IMG/VR virus record: IMGVR_UViG_3300028832_000114
Span: 1-64,000 of that record
Strand: one strand, 5' to 3'
Length of the DNA: 64,000 nt
Source of the DNA: a virus
Lineage: Duplodnaviria; Caudoviricetes
Shown: positions 11,261 through 19,040 of the stretch, one piece after another
Layout of the letters: each line of letters opens with the position of its first letter
Position numbering within the stretch: the stretch's first letter is position 1
Notes under the pieces: generated by a model
What the model was told of the DNA's origin: nothing
The model's database searches: none
Seen by the model: the letters and a program-made list of their open reading frames with translations, nothing else
Made by a program: the position numbers and the translations under genes

Positions 11261-11374
11261 TTTATCAAATTCATTATTGAATATCTTATTACCTGAAAAT
11301 ATACATATTATTAAATAACTTATAAACACTATTAGTAGGCTTTACATAAGATATTCAATAACGAATTTGATAAA
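11261..11374. repeat. 29-bp inverted repeat (one mismatch) with 56-bp spacer
   Basis: TTTATCAAATTC[A/G]TTATTGAATATCTTAT at 11261-11289 and inverted at 11346-11374. Confidence 0.8.
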
Positions 11375-11391
11375 CTAAATTTTTGTTAGCA

Positions 11392-11468
11392 TGGTTGCGA
11401 GAGGGTAGATTCGAACTACCGATCCCCAGCTTATGAGGCTAGTGAGATGACCGCTTCTCTACTCCGCG
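11392..11468 (-). tRNA. tRNA-Met(CAT), initiator-like
   Basis: Cloverleaf, C1:A72 mismatch, CCA encoded; one extra base in acceptor stem. Confidence 0.85.
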
Positions 11469-12324
11469 ATATAGAAAGGTCTATTATGCACCCGACCAAA
11501 AGGCTGGTTTCATGTTGCTTTTTTTATGGGGTTGGAACATCACCACCGCAGTCTCCCCAATAATATACTAGAGGCTGCACGAAACGAATACACATTTAAT
11601 CTATAATTCCTATAGAACCTTTTCCTAGTAATTGTATAATTAATTGATTGAAATGTCCCTTGATAAAAAAAGTAATTTCGATGTTCCTCACATTAAGAAT
11701 GATATAAGTAAACTTCGGTCATTAGCGAATAAAGAGCCTCATATGGGGAGCTACCCCATAATCTTCTTTATCCGAAGCAGATGCTTCCAAAACTAAACAA
11801 GGTCAATACTTGCTACTTTCACGGGCGATAGGCAATTTTCCAAATATTTATCTTTTTCATAAAACCATCGCACGGTTTGAAACTAAACAGTAAATGTGTA
11901 GATTTCCGCTACTCGCACTACTATCCATTTTTATATCGTGTTACCACGACTCAACTACACAATGACTTATTGGTCTTAATATGGTTTCAACCTATAGCCA
12001 CCACAGCTATCAGTTCCATACCTTACACACCCACAGGGCTGTCAGAATTGTCAACAATAGGATAGTATACCTTATCTAAATATATTCATCCCCACCACAA
12101 TCCTCTTTTTTGTGCTATTAACACATCTGGCGGCAATCGTTACCTTTTGCTGCATCTCCGTCCATTTAAAGTTTTCACTCTAAACCTTGAAGTTGAGGCA
12201 TCGTGTCCATCCCTAGAAGTCTGTCTAGGTTTTTCATATGGTTCAAAATTATTTTTTTTATCAAAGAACATTTCGTAATCATTAATTACATACTTATTAT
12301 ATAAAAAATTTTTAAAACTTTCAA

Positions 12325-12882
12325 CTATTTTTTAAAATAATTGTTAATTTCTTCGGTACTCCATAGTTTTAAAATATCAACAGATACATTATCAACTTTT
12401 GTCTTAGATTTATCAATTTTTTTTGATATATCGTCCCATTGGTCCAGTCCTACATAGATAATATCATTATCTACTGTAATACTTTTTGCATCAACCATAA
12501 TAAGAGTTCCTTTTTTAATTATTTCTTTTATTCCCTTATCACTAGTATCTTTTTTAAATCTAATGACAAACCGTTTAGAATAACATTTTTTTAAATTGAA
12601 TTCAGTTATTATATAACCTTTATTTTTTATTTCTTTTGTATATTCATATAAAGTTTCATCTATTAAATTTTTATTTGTAGAAAAACCAATAGAAATCTTC
12701 TCTTGATTTTCTTCTATTTCATAATATTGATACCCGCATTGAAATAAAAGTTTAAATAAAACAATCATTATTAAAACAATACTTGGTATAAGTATATAAA
12801 GCAATGTTTTCTTTTTTGGAAGTTTTATTTTAAATTTTTTATCTTTTAATTTAATTGTTTCCATTCTTTTCCCTTTCATCAC
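12325..12882 (-). CDS. Membrane-anchored hypothetical protein
   Basis: Hydrophobic N-terminal helix. Confidence 0.6.
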   Translation of the reverse strand: MMKGKRMETIKLKDKKFKIKLPKKKTLLYILIPSIVLIMIVLFKLLFQCGYQYYEIEENQEKISIGFSTNKNLIDETLYEYTKEIKNKGYIITEFNLKKCYSKRFVIRFKKDTSDKGIKEIIKKGTLIMVDAKSITVDNDIIYVGLDQWDDISKKIDKSKTKVDNVSVDILKLWSTEEINNYFKK

Positions 12883-12993
12883 AGATTAAAGGGAACTTAT
12901 TGCAATTCCCTCTAACTTTAATATATTCTCTTTGGAAGAAATGAAAATATGAAATTGTTATTATTTTTTTAAGCATCACAACTTCGCTTTCAG

Positions 12994-13060
12994 GGGTGTT
13001 TCTTGACTGGAATTGCACCAGTATCTACAAATGTAGGTCTTTCTATTAAACGACAGAAAC
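12994..13060 (-). ncRNA. tRNA-like element with truncated anticodon arm
   Basis: Acceptor GTTTCTG/CAAGAAAC, D arm, T arm ACTGG-TGCAATT-CCAGT; anticodon arm only CTAC-ATTT-GTAG. Confidence 0.55.
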
Positions 13061-13406
13061 ATATGATGGGTGATTAGATTGGAGGACAATCACACCGCAA
13101 AACCTTTGAAATGAAATAACTATTGCATTTCGTTAGCACTCCCATGGATATAAGTGCAAACGTAATTAATTACCGATAGTAGAAGCCCTATCAAGCCGCT
13201 GGTTAGAGGTCAGCTACCTGTAAGAATTAGTGCCTTACACACAACCAAAACCCTTTTGTATTACCAAAATCATTTTGGTAATATAATTATAATAAAAATT
13301 TTTCAAACTGTCAAAAAAGTTTTCTTAATTTTTATTACATTAATATTATATAATATTTTTTATAATTTATCAAATAAACACGCGGCAGACCGCGATCAGT
13401 TCTTCA

Positions 13407-13482
13407 TGGTGCCTCGGGAGAGATTCGAACTCTCGACCCTTTGATTAAAAGTCAAATGCTCTACCTGCTGAGCTACCGAAGC
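13407..13482 (-). tRNA. tRNA-Lys(TTT)
   Basis: Canonical cloverleaf with CCA. Confidence 0.95.
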
Positions 13483-13488
13483 ATAGCC

Positions 13489-13564
13489 TCCCCGGGAGGG
13501 AGTAGAACCCTCTAACCTCTTAATATAATATTAAGTGTTCTATCCGATTTTGAACTATCCGAGT
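13489..13564 (-). pseudogene. Degenerate tRNA (pseudo-tRNA)
   Basis: D arm and T arm recognisable; weak acceptor stem, no CCA; anticodon arm CTTAATA-TTA-TATTAAG. Confidence 0.55.
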
Positions 13565-13569
13565 ACATA

Positions 13570-13988
13570 TGGTGGAGATGACGGGACTCGAACCCGTGTC
13601 CAAAAACAACTACTAATCACAAATCTCATTCTTACCTTACAAGTTTTGTGCATACCGTTCTATCTATACTCTTTACCATATGCAAATCTCAAGAGTAAGT
13701 CTATGCTAAAAGTAAACATTAAGTGCGGCTGGCATAGATAGCTGACACCTTAATGGCGGTCTTTGTTAGTTAATACGATTATATTTTTCTCTGTCCGCTA
13801 CTGATACTTCATATAAAAGCTACTTAGTCTTACGCAAAGGCTACGCAATTAGATGCGAATAAAGATTTAACTTTATTAGTAATTTTTGATAAAATGTTTC
13901 CATTTAATTTTTTATGTGCTATTTAACGCATAACTACGACTTGTATTGTGATGGTTCGCTTGCTCCTGTCGAAACCAGAAACATCCCC
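13570..13988 (-). ncRNA. ssrA: tmRNA; tag (A)GNILSKITNKVKSLFASNCVAFA* at 13830-13901
   Basis: 5' GGGGATG..GGTTTCGAC, G3:U70, 3' T arm and CCA, resume codon after TAAAT. Confidence 0.93.
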
Positions 13989-13991
13989 ATA

Positions 13992-14068
13992 TGGCGCCTC
14001 AGGAAGGACTTGAACCTCCGACCCTCTGATTAACAGTCAGATGCTCTAACCGACTGAGCTACTGAGGC
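13992..14068 (-). tRNA. tRNA-Asn(GTT)
   Basis: Canonical cloverleaf. Confidence 0.95.
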
Positions 14069-14073
14069 AAAAA

Positions 14074-14150
14074 TGGTGCAGATTCTAGGGCTCGAACCTA
14101 GGACCTCTAGTTTGTAGGACTAGCGCTCTAACCAACTGAGCTAAACCTGC
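14074..14150 (-). tRNA. tRNA-Val(TAC)
   Basis: Cloverleaf; C at position 33. Confidence 0.9.
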
Positions 14151-14155
14151 AAAAA

Positions 14156-14232
14156 TGGCGGGCTGTACGGGATTCGGACCCGTGATCTCCTGCGTGACAG
14201 GCAGGCGTGGTAGGCCACTGCACTAACAACCC
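14156..14232 (-). tRNA. tRNA-Asp(GTC)
   Basis: Cloverleaf with CCA. Confidence 0.92.
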
Positions 14233-14285
14233 ATATAATCGGAACATAATATATGTTCCAACCACCTGTTTTATTTGTTTTATTT

Positions 14286-15230
14286 TTAGATAACTCTTCT
14301 TGCTGTCATTTTAATCATAACATTAACAGAAGTGATACCTATTCCCTTTTTTGGAGTTCTGGCGTGTATTATTTTTCCGCCGCCTATATATAAAGCAACA
14401 TGCGTAATACTTTTGCCACCATTTCCGCTATAAAACACTAAATCGCCAGCTTTTAATTCATTAAAGCCAACCTTTCTACCTACTCTTGCTTGAGCGGCAG
14501 GTGTTCTTGGTATACTAACTCCAAAATGCTTATAGATACTTTGTGTAAAACCACTACAATCAGCCCCCCTAGTTAAACTAGTTCCGCCAGAAACATACGG
14601 ATTTCCATTAAATTGAATAGCATATCTCACTATTGCATTAGAAGTATCTATATTGCCTGATGTATATATAACTTTATTTGTTGTTTTCTTTTTAGTTTTT
14701 TGTTTTTGTCTTGCTATATAATCTTGTTTTGCTTTATTGATAATATTATTGACTTGTTTCTGTTCAGTTTCAATCCCTATTTGTTTCCACATTATTTTTT
14801 CCACATAATCATTTTTTTGATATTTTGTTATTTGTTTAATAAAATCTTTCTTTTCTTTTTCAGTTTTAAAATATATTGTATTCTTTTTATTTGAAACAAC
14901 AAAATATTTTACGGAAAAAACATACTCCTTTAAAACCAATTTTTCTATATTTGTTTCATAATTATTAGATATGTAATTATGCCCCTCTATTTGTAAAAGT
15001 GGCGATACTATATATCTAACATCTGTATACCCCTTATCTTTAATTTCTTGTATATGATTATTAATAATTTCATTTACAAAAATCTCTTGCTGTGTTGTTT
15101 CTACTTCAGTAGCCGCAAAACAAGAGGTTAAGATAGGAGGAACAAACATCATCATAATTATAAAACAAATAAATACCTTTTTCAACACCCTCTCTAACGA
15201 GGGCAGATACTCATTGTTTTTTTCATTCAT
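14286..15230 (-). CDS. NlpC/P60 peptidoglycan endopeptidase with N-terminal membrane anchor
   Basis: GNPYVSGG, DCSGF, GDLVFY, HVALYIG; true start MNEKNN after AGGAG (track ORF extends into tRNAs). Confidence 0.9.
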   Translation of the reverse strand: MNEKNNEYLPSLERVLKKVFICFIIMMMFVPPILTSCFAATEVETTQQEIFVNEIINNHIQEIKDKGYTDVRYIVSPLLQIEGHNYISNNYETNIEKLVLKEYVFSVKYFVVSNKKNTIYFKTEKEKKDFIKQITKYQKNDYVEKIMWKQIGIETEQKQVNNIINKAKQDYIARQKQKTKKKTTNKVIYTSGNIDTSNAIVRYAIQFNGNPYVSGGTSLTRGADCSGFTQSIYKHFGVSIPRTPAAQARVGRKVGFNELKAGDLVFYSGNGGKSITHVALYIGGGKIIHARTPKKGIGITSVNVMIKMTARRVI

Positions 15231-15268
15231 ATTTTTTACTCCTAAAAATAAAACAGGGTTTTTAATAA

Positions 15269-15354
15269 TGGTGGGCGGAGAGGGACTTGAACCCTCACGG
15301 GATTGCTCCCATAGCATTTTAAGTGCTATGTGTCTACCATTCCACCATCCGCCC
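15269..15354 (-). tRNA. tRNA-Leu(TAA)
   Basis: Type II cloverleaf. Confidence 0.95.
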
Positions 15355-15358
15355 ATAT

Positions 15359-15434
15359 TGGTGACGCCGCCGGGATTCGAACCCGGGAATGTCAGGATGA
15401 AAACCTGATGTGTTGACCGCTTCACCACGGCGCC
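15359..15434 (-). tRNA. tRNA-Glu(TTC)
   Basis: Canonical cloverleaf. Confidence 0.95.
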
Positions 15435-15442
15435 ATATACAA

Positions 15443-15611
15443 AAGATTAGTTAGGACTCACACCTAAATTTTTGCACTCCACGTGCAATGTACTGGACAT
15501 TATATAGACTTCTGCAGTGCCTCATATAATGGACTAGCAGACTTACACACCCATAGGCTCTGTTAGATTTTGGGCCCGCCTAGGTTCTGTATCATCTTAT
15601 ACTACTAATCT
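15443..15611 (-). ncRNA. tRNA-shaped RNA with about 105-nt structured insertion
   Basis: Acceptor AGATTAG/CTAATCT, anticodon-like arm TTGCA-CGTGGAG-TGCAA, T arm TTAGG-TGTGAGT-CCTAA. Confidence 0.55.
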
Positions 15612-15659
15612 CTCATTTGATTACATATATATTATATTATATTTTTTAATAAAAATCAA

Positions 15660-16277
15660 TTATAATTCTTCATCGTCATCTTCTGGTTCACCATAGATAA
15701 CTTCACAAGTACAATAAGGATGATATGGAGGTTCATCAATCTCATCAATAGGCATCCATTCTTCAGTACTTTCGTTACAACATTCTCTGTCACAACCGCC
15801 ACCGGGAACAACCATTCCATATTCTATTTTTGCACTTTTCAATCTCTTTTTTAATATTTTATGAGATACTACTTTTGTTTCATTTTCTAAAATCTTTTTT
15901 TCTTTATGAATTAAAACATCGCGGATAATCTCTTCATTTTTCGCCATTTCTACATATTGTTTAATACGCTCTTCTAATGTTTTATTATCTTTATCATATG
16001 TATATTTATCAATTTCCTTTTTAGTAATAGTTTTAGGAATTGATTTATCCATTTCTTTATAAATTTTACTACCTTCTTTAATAGTTAATTTATATGTTTC
16101 TTCTAATGAACTATATATGATTATAATAATATCATTAGCTAATTCATTTCATTTTTGAGATTTTTTATCATAAAAATCTTTTACAACATTTTCAATTTCA
16201 TCAGCCCTATCTCTTTCCTTGTCTAAGATTAGCTTCATCATTTTTTTATGAGCTTTAAGTTTTTCTTTTTTAGTCAT
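15660..16277 (-). CDS. Mu gpF-like minor head/morphogenesis-domain protein (extended through TGA)
   Basis: C-terminal PPYHPYCTC resembles PPxHPNCRC; AGGAG SD before 16277. Confidence 0.5.
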
Positions 16278-16293
16278 ATTTTCTCCTTAAAAA

Positions 16294-16370
16294 TGGCGCC
16301 CCCTCAGGGATTCGAACCCCGGACACACGCCTTAGAAGGGCGTTGCTCTATCCTACTGAGCTAAGAGGGC
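16294..16370 (-). tRNA. tRNA-Arg(TCT)
   Basis: Canonical cloverleaf. Confidence 0.95.
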
Positions 16371-16382
16371 AAGTAAAGCATA

Positions 16383-16583
16383 TTATTTATGCTTTGTTTC
16401 AGTGTAATTATATCCATTTTGTAGCAATAGGTCATCAAATGATATTCCCATATTATTAAATGGAACATACATTCTACAAGTTAATTCATAAATAATTGCA
16501 TTATATTCCTCTTTTGATATTTCTTCACTTAAACGGTGCATTAATTCAGCAGTTGGTGTTGTTCTTAATTCTAATATTGTCAT
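16383..16583 (-). CDS. Hypothetical protein
   Basis: ORF with AGGAG SD between tRNAs. Confidence 0.6.
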   Translation of the reverse strand: MTILELRTTPTAELMHRLSEEISKEEYNAIIYELTCRMYVPFNNMGISFDDLLLQNGYNYTETKHK

Positions 16584-16604
16584 ACTTTCTCCTTATTTTT
16601 TTTA

Positions 16605-16689
16605 TGGTGCGGGAAGCAGGACTTGAACCTGCACGAACTAGGTTCACTGGTTTCTAAGACCAGCGCGGCTGCCATTACGCCATTCCCGC
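16605..16689 (-). tRNA. tRNA-Leu(TAG)
   Basis: Type II cloverleaf. Confidence 0.95.
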
Positions 16690-16690
16690 A

Positions 16691-16780
16691 TGGCGTCCAG
16701 TGCTAGATTCGAACTAGCGGACCGCATAACGGCCGGCACTTTAGCAAAGTGCTGGGTTAAGCCATCTCCCCCAACTGGAC
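16691..16780 (-). tRNA. tRNA-Ser(GCT)
   Basis: Type II cloverleaf. Confidence 0.93.
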
Positions 16781-16782
16781 AT

Positions 16783-16858
16783 TGGAGCACCCAGTAGGAT
16801 TCGAACCTACGTTGCTGAAGTTGCAGTTCAGTGCCTTATCCAACTTGGCTACGGGTGC
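16783..16858 (-). tRNA. tRNA-Cys(GCA)
   Basis: Cloverleaf, U73. Confidence 0.95.
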
Positions 16859-16861
16859 ATA

Positions 16862-16938
16862 TGGTGCGGGATCTAGGATTTGAACCTAGGACCCCCGACG
16901 TATCAGATCGGTGCTCTAACCAACTGAGCTAATCCCGC
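16862..16938 (-). tRNA. tRNA-Ile(GAT)
   Basis: Canonical cloverleaf. Confidence 0.95.
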
Positions 16939-16939
16939 A

Positions 16940-17026
16940 TGGCGCAGAGTCAGGGACTCGAACCCTGAAGCCCGTGAAGACCAACGGTTTTCAAGACCGC
17001 CCGACTACCAATTATCACAACTCTGC
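16940..17026 (-). tRNA. tRNA-Ser(TGA)
   Basis: Type II cloverleaf. Confidence 0.9.
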
Positions 17027-17029
17027 ATA

Positions 17030-17104
17030 TGGTGGCTCCCAAAGGTAACGATCCTTCCTATCCGGTTTTTCAGACCGGTGCTAATCCATCTCAGCTAAAG
17101 AGCC
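17030..17104 (-). tRNA. tRNA-Phe(GAA)
   Basis: Cloverleaf; deviant T loop. Confidence 0.88.
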
Positions 17105-17113
17105 ATAAAAATA

Positions 17114-17199
17114 TGGTGGAGGTTGAGGGGATCGAACCCACTCGGTACAATGTAAAGGGATTTACAGTCCCTCCCGCCTCCTTAACGGACTACACCTCC
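17114..17199 (-). tRNA. tRNA-Tyr(GTA)
   Basis: Type II cloverleaf. Confidence 0.9.
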
Positions 17200-17211
17200 A
17201 AATAAAAATCA

Positions 17212-17532
17212 TTACCACCAAAGGTAATGAAAAGTTGTCTTAAATATATCTAATAATTCGTTAACAGTATCATCAACTTCTGTCCCTAAATTATAATACC
17301 ATTCCTCATCTAACAATTTATCAGACAATTCAATCATTTTATTAATCAATGCTTTTTGAGTATATTCTTGGTCTTTATACATAATTCTATGATATTCTAA
17401 ATCAATATACTTTTCAGCATCTTCTTTATATACCTTTAATCGCTTATTTAACCATTGTATAAAAGAAAAACTTATATCAAAACATTCTTCTTTAATAATT
17501 TTTTCTTCTCTTTTTTTAGTCATCAAAAACAT
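17212..17532 (-). CDS. Hypothetical phage protein
   Basis: ORF ending in FHYLWW. Confidence 0.65.
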   Translation of the reverse strand: MFLMTKKREEKIIKEECFDISFSFIQWLNKRLKVYKEDAEKYIDLEYHRIMYKDQEYTQKALINKMIELSDKLLDEEWYYNLGTEVDDTVNELLDIFKTTFHYLWW

Positions 17533-17547
17533 AACAATCCCTCCTTA

Positions 17548-17802
17548 TTAAGCAGCTGCTTCAACCCTCTTTTCAATTTCTTTTAATTTAGCTTGCTTTT
17601 TCTTCCCTGAACCTGGAGGATGAAGTTTTACATACTCAGCTGCAGCCTCCTTTAACTCTCTACCTCGTGGTGTTAAATTTTTTTGAGCCATAGGGTTTCT
17701 TTTTAATTTCTTATTTGTTTTACCTTTTCTATCTAAATTTAATTGTGTAATTAAATATTGTGATTCTCCACTACCAGATTTACCTTTTTTTCTTTTTGCC
17801 AT
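17548..17802 (-). CDS. Small basic protein
   Basis: Lys/Arg-rich ORF with GAGG SD. Confidence 0.6.
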   Translation of the reverse strand: MAKRKKGKSGSGESQYLITQLNLDRKGKTNKKLKRNPMAQKNLTPRGRELKEAAAEYVKLHPPGSGKKKQAKLKEIEKRVEAAA

Positions 17803-18013
17803 ATTACTTTCCTCTCTTTTCTAACAATATTATATTATAAATTATTTAAAAAATAAAGTAAAAACATGCGGACGCGAGGTTAAATAATCTTTTAATCGCG
17901 TCCTAATTTATACAAGGGCTAGTTATACATACTTCAGCTATCAATTCCCCGTCGGATGCGGTTCAGTTTTCTTCACATTAATAACTATTTCCAATTAACC
18001 CTTATTACTTTTT

Positions 18014-18089
18014 TGGCAGGGGATGAAGGCATCGAACCTCCGACCTACGGTTTTGGAGACCGTCGCTCTGCCAGCTGAGCTAATCCCCT
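18014..18089 (-). tRNA. tRNA-Trp(CCA)
   Basis: Canonical cloverleaf, G73. Confidence 0.95.
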
Positions 18090-18092
18090 ATA

Positions 18093-18188
18093 TGGCAGGG
18101 GCTGTAGGATTCGAACCCACACCCCGGGTTTTGGAGACCCGTCTTTACGGTTTTGAAGACCGCTGTGCTACCATTACACTAAGCCCCT
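18093..18188 (-). tRNA. tRNA-Trp(TCA), UGA-decoding, with a second CCA anticodon stem-loop in the variable region
   Basis: AGGGGCT acceptor, GCGGT-CTTCAAA-ACCGT then AAAGA-CGGGT-CTCCAAA-ACCCG-GGGT, normal T arm, G73, CCA. Confidence 0.88.
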
Positions 18189-18197
18189 AATTTATAA

Positions 18198-18272
18198 TGG
18201 ACTAGAATAAGAAGATCGGACTCTTGCTTTCAGTGCCACAAACTAACGTGCTACCATTACACCAATTCTAGT
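18198..18272 (-). tRNA. tRNA-His(GTG), atypical
   Basis: Anticodon loop TTGTGGC; A-1/U73 instead of G-1/C73; deviant T loop. Confidence 0.75.
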
Positions 18273-18672
18273 ATATATCTTTACACACCGCGTCTATTTC
18301 CGCAATATTATCAAACATTCCACATAAATATTTTTCATATAAATTATAATAGCATATTTTTAAATATAAATCATTCATTTTATCTTTATACACATTTTCA
18401 AGAGGCAATAATACATAATCAGGTTTTAAACTAACTATTTTATTCCATACTGAATCCATAGTTCTAATACCCCTATTTTTCATTTCTTCTCTTAAATAAT
18501 ATGCATATGAAATTAAATTACTATAATCATAGTCCAAAACAAAATTAACTAACACATGATTTGGAGTTCCATTTTTTTGAATAGCCCCCGCAATTGCGGA
18601 AACCTCTCTCCATTGTGCTACTAAATGTTGTTTTGGTAATACACTAATTAATTTTGTATGCCACAATCTCAT
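18268..18672 (-). CDS. Pyrimidine-dimer DNA glycosylase / endonuclease V family
   Basis: MRLWH..L..LP.QHLVAQWRE, EM..RG motifs. Confidence 0.8.
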   Translation of the reverse strand: MRLWHTKLISVLPKQHLVAQWREVSAIAGAIQKNGTPNHVLVNFVLDYDYSNLISYAYYLREEMKNRGIRTMDSVWNKIVSLKPDYVLLPLENVYKDKMNDLYLKICYYNLYEKYLCGMFDNIAEIDAVCKDIY

Positions 18673-18736
18673 AATTCTCTCCTTTTTTATACATATTTAT
18701 TATATAATAAATTAATAAAAAAGTCAAAAATAAGAA

Positions 18737-18979
18737 TTAAGCACCAATAAAATATTTTAATATTAAAGTTTCTTCGTCATATAAACAGAAAATAATATCT
18801 CTATATAATACTTCATCTTGATGTAATTCAGCATTTGCTTCTCTATAAATAGCATCTTTATTAGATGTAGCAAATGATTTCATTGTATTGAAATATTTTT
18901 CTGCCTTAATTAATTCTGAAAACTTTTTTTCTTTTAATAAACTCTCATCACTATTGTGAAGTAATTTTACACTATACAT
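18737..18979 (-). CDS. Hypothetical protein
   Basis: AGGAGG SD. Confidence 0.6.
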   Translation of the reverse strand: MYSVKLLHNSDESLLKEKKFSELIKAEKYFNTMKSFATSNKDAIYREANAELHQDEVLYRDIIFCLYDEETLILKYFIGA

Positions 18980-19040
18980 TTAAAAATCCTCCTAAACAAA
19001 AAAACCCTATAATAAAAATGCTTATTATAGGGTAATATTT

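Noticed and set aside
13489-13564. Functional ochre (TAA) suppressor tRNA
   Set aside because: A33, closed loop, poor acceptor stem, no CCA; TAA is the main stop codon here.
876-15408. Plus-strand ORFs in the left arm (e.g. 876-1262, 5582-6216, 13256-13741) and minus-strand ORFs in the right arm
   Set aside because: Antisense shadows of real genes or RNAs with low-complexity F/I/L/Y composition.
15231-15428. N-terminal extension of the NlpC/P60 ORF in the track
   Set aside because: It is read through tRNA-Glu and tRNA-Leu; an SD precedes ATG at 15230.
18093-18188. tRNA-Sec interpretation of the UCA tRNA with long extra arm
   Set aside because: 7/5 acceptor/T stems rather than 8/5, 4-bp D stem, acceptor nearly identical to the adjacent tRNA-Trp, and TGA falls at Trp positions.
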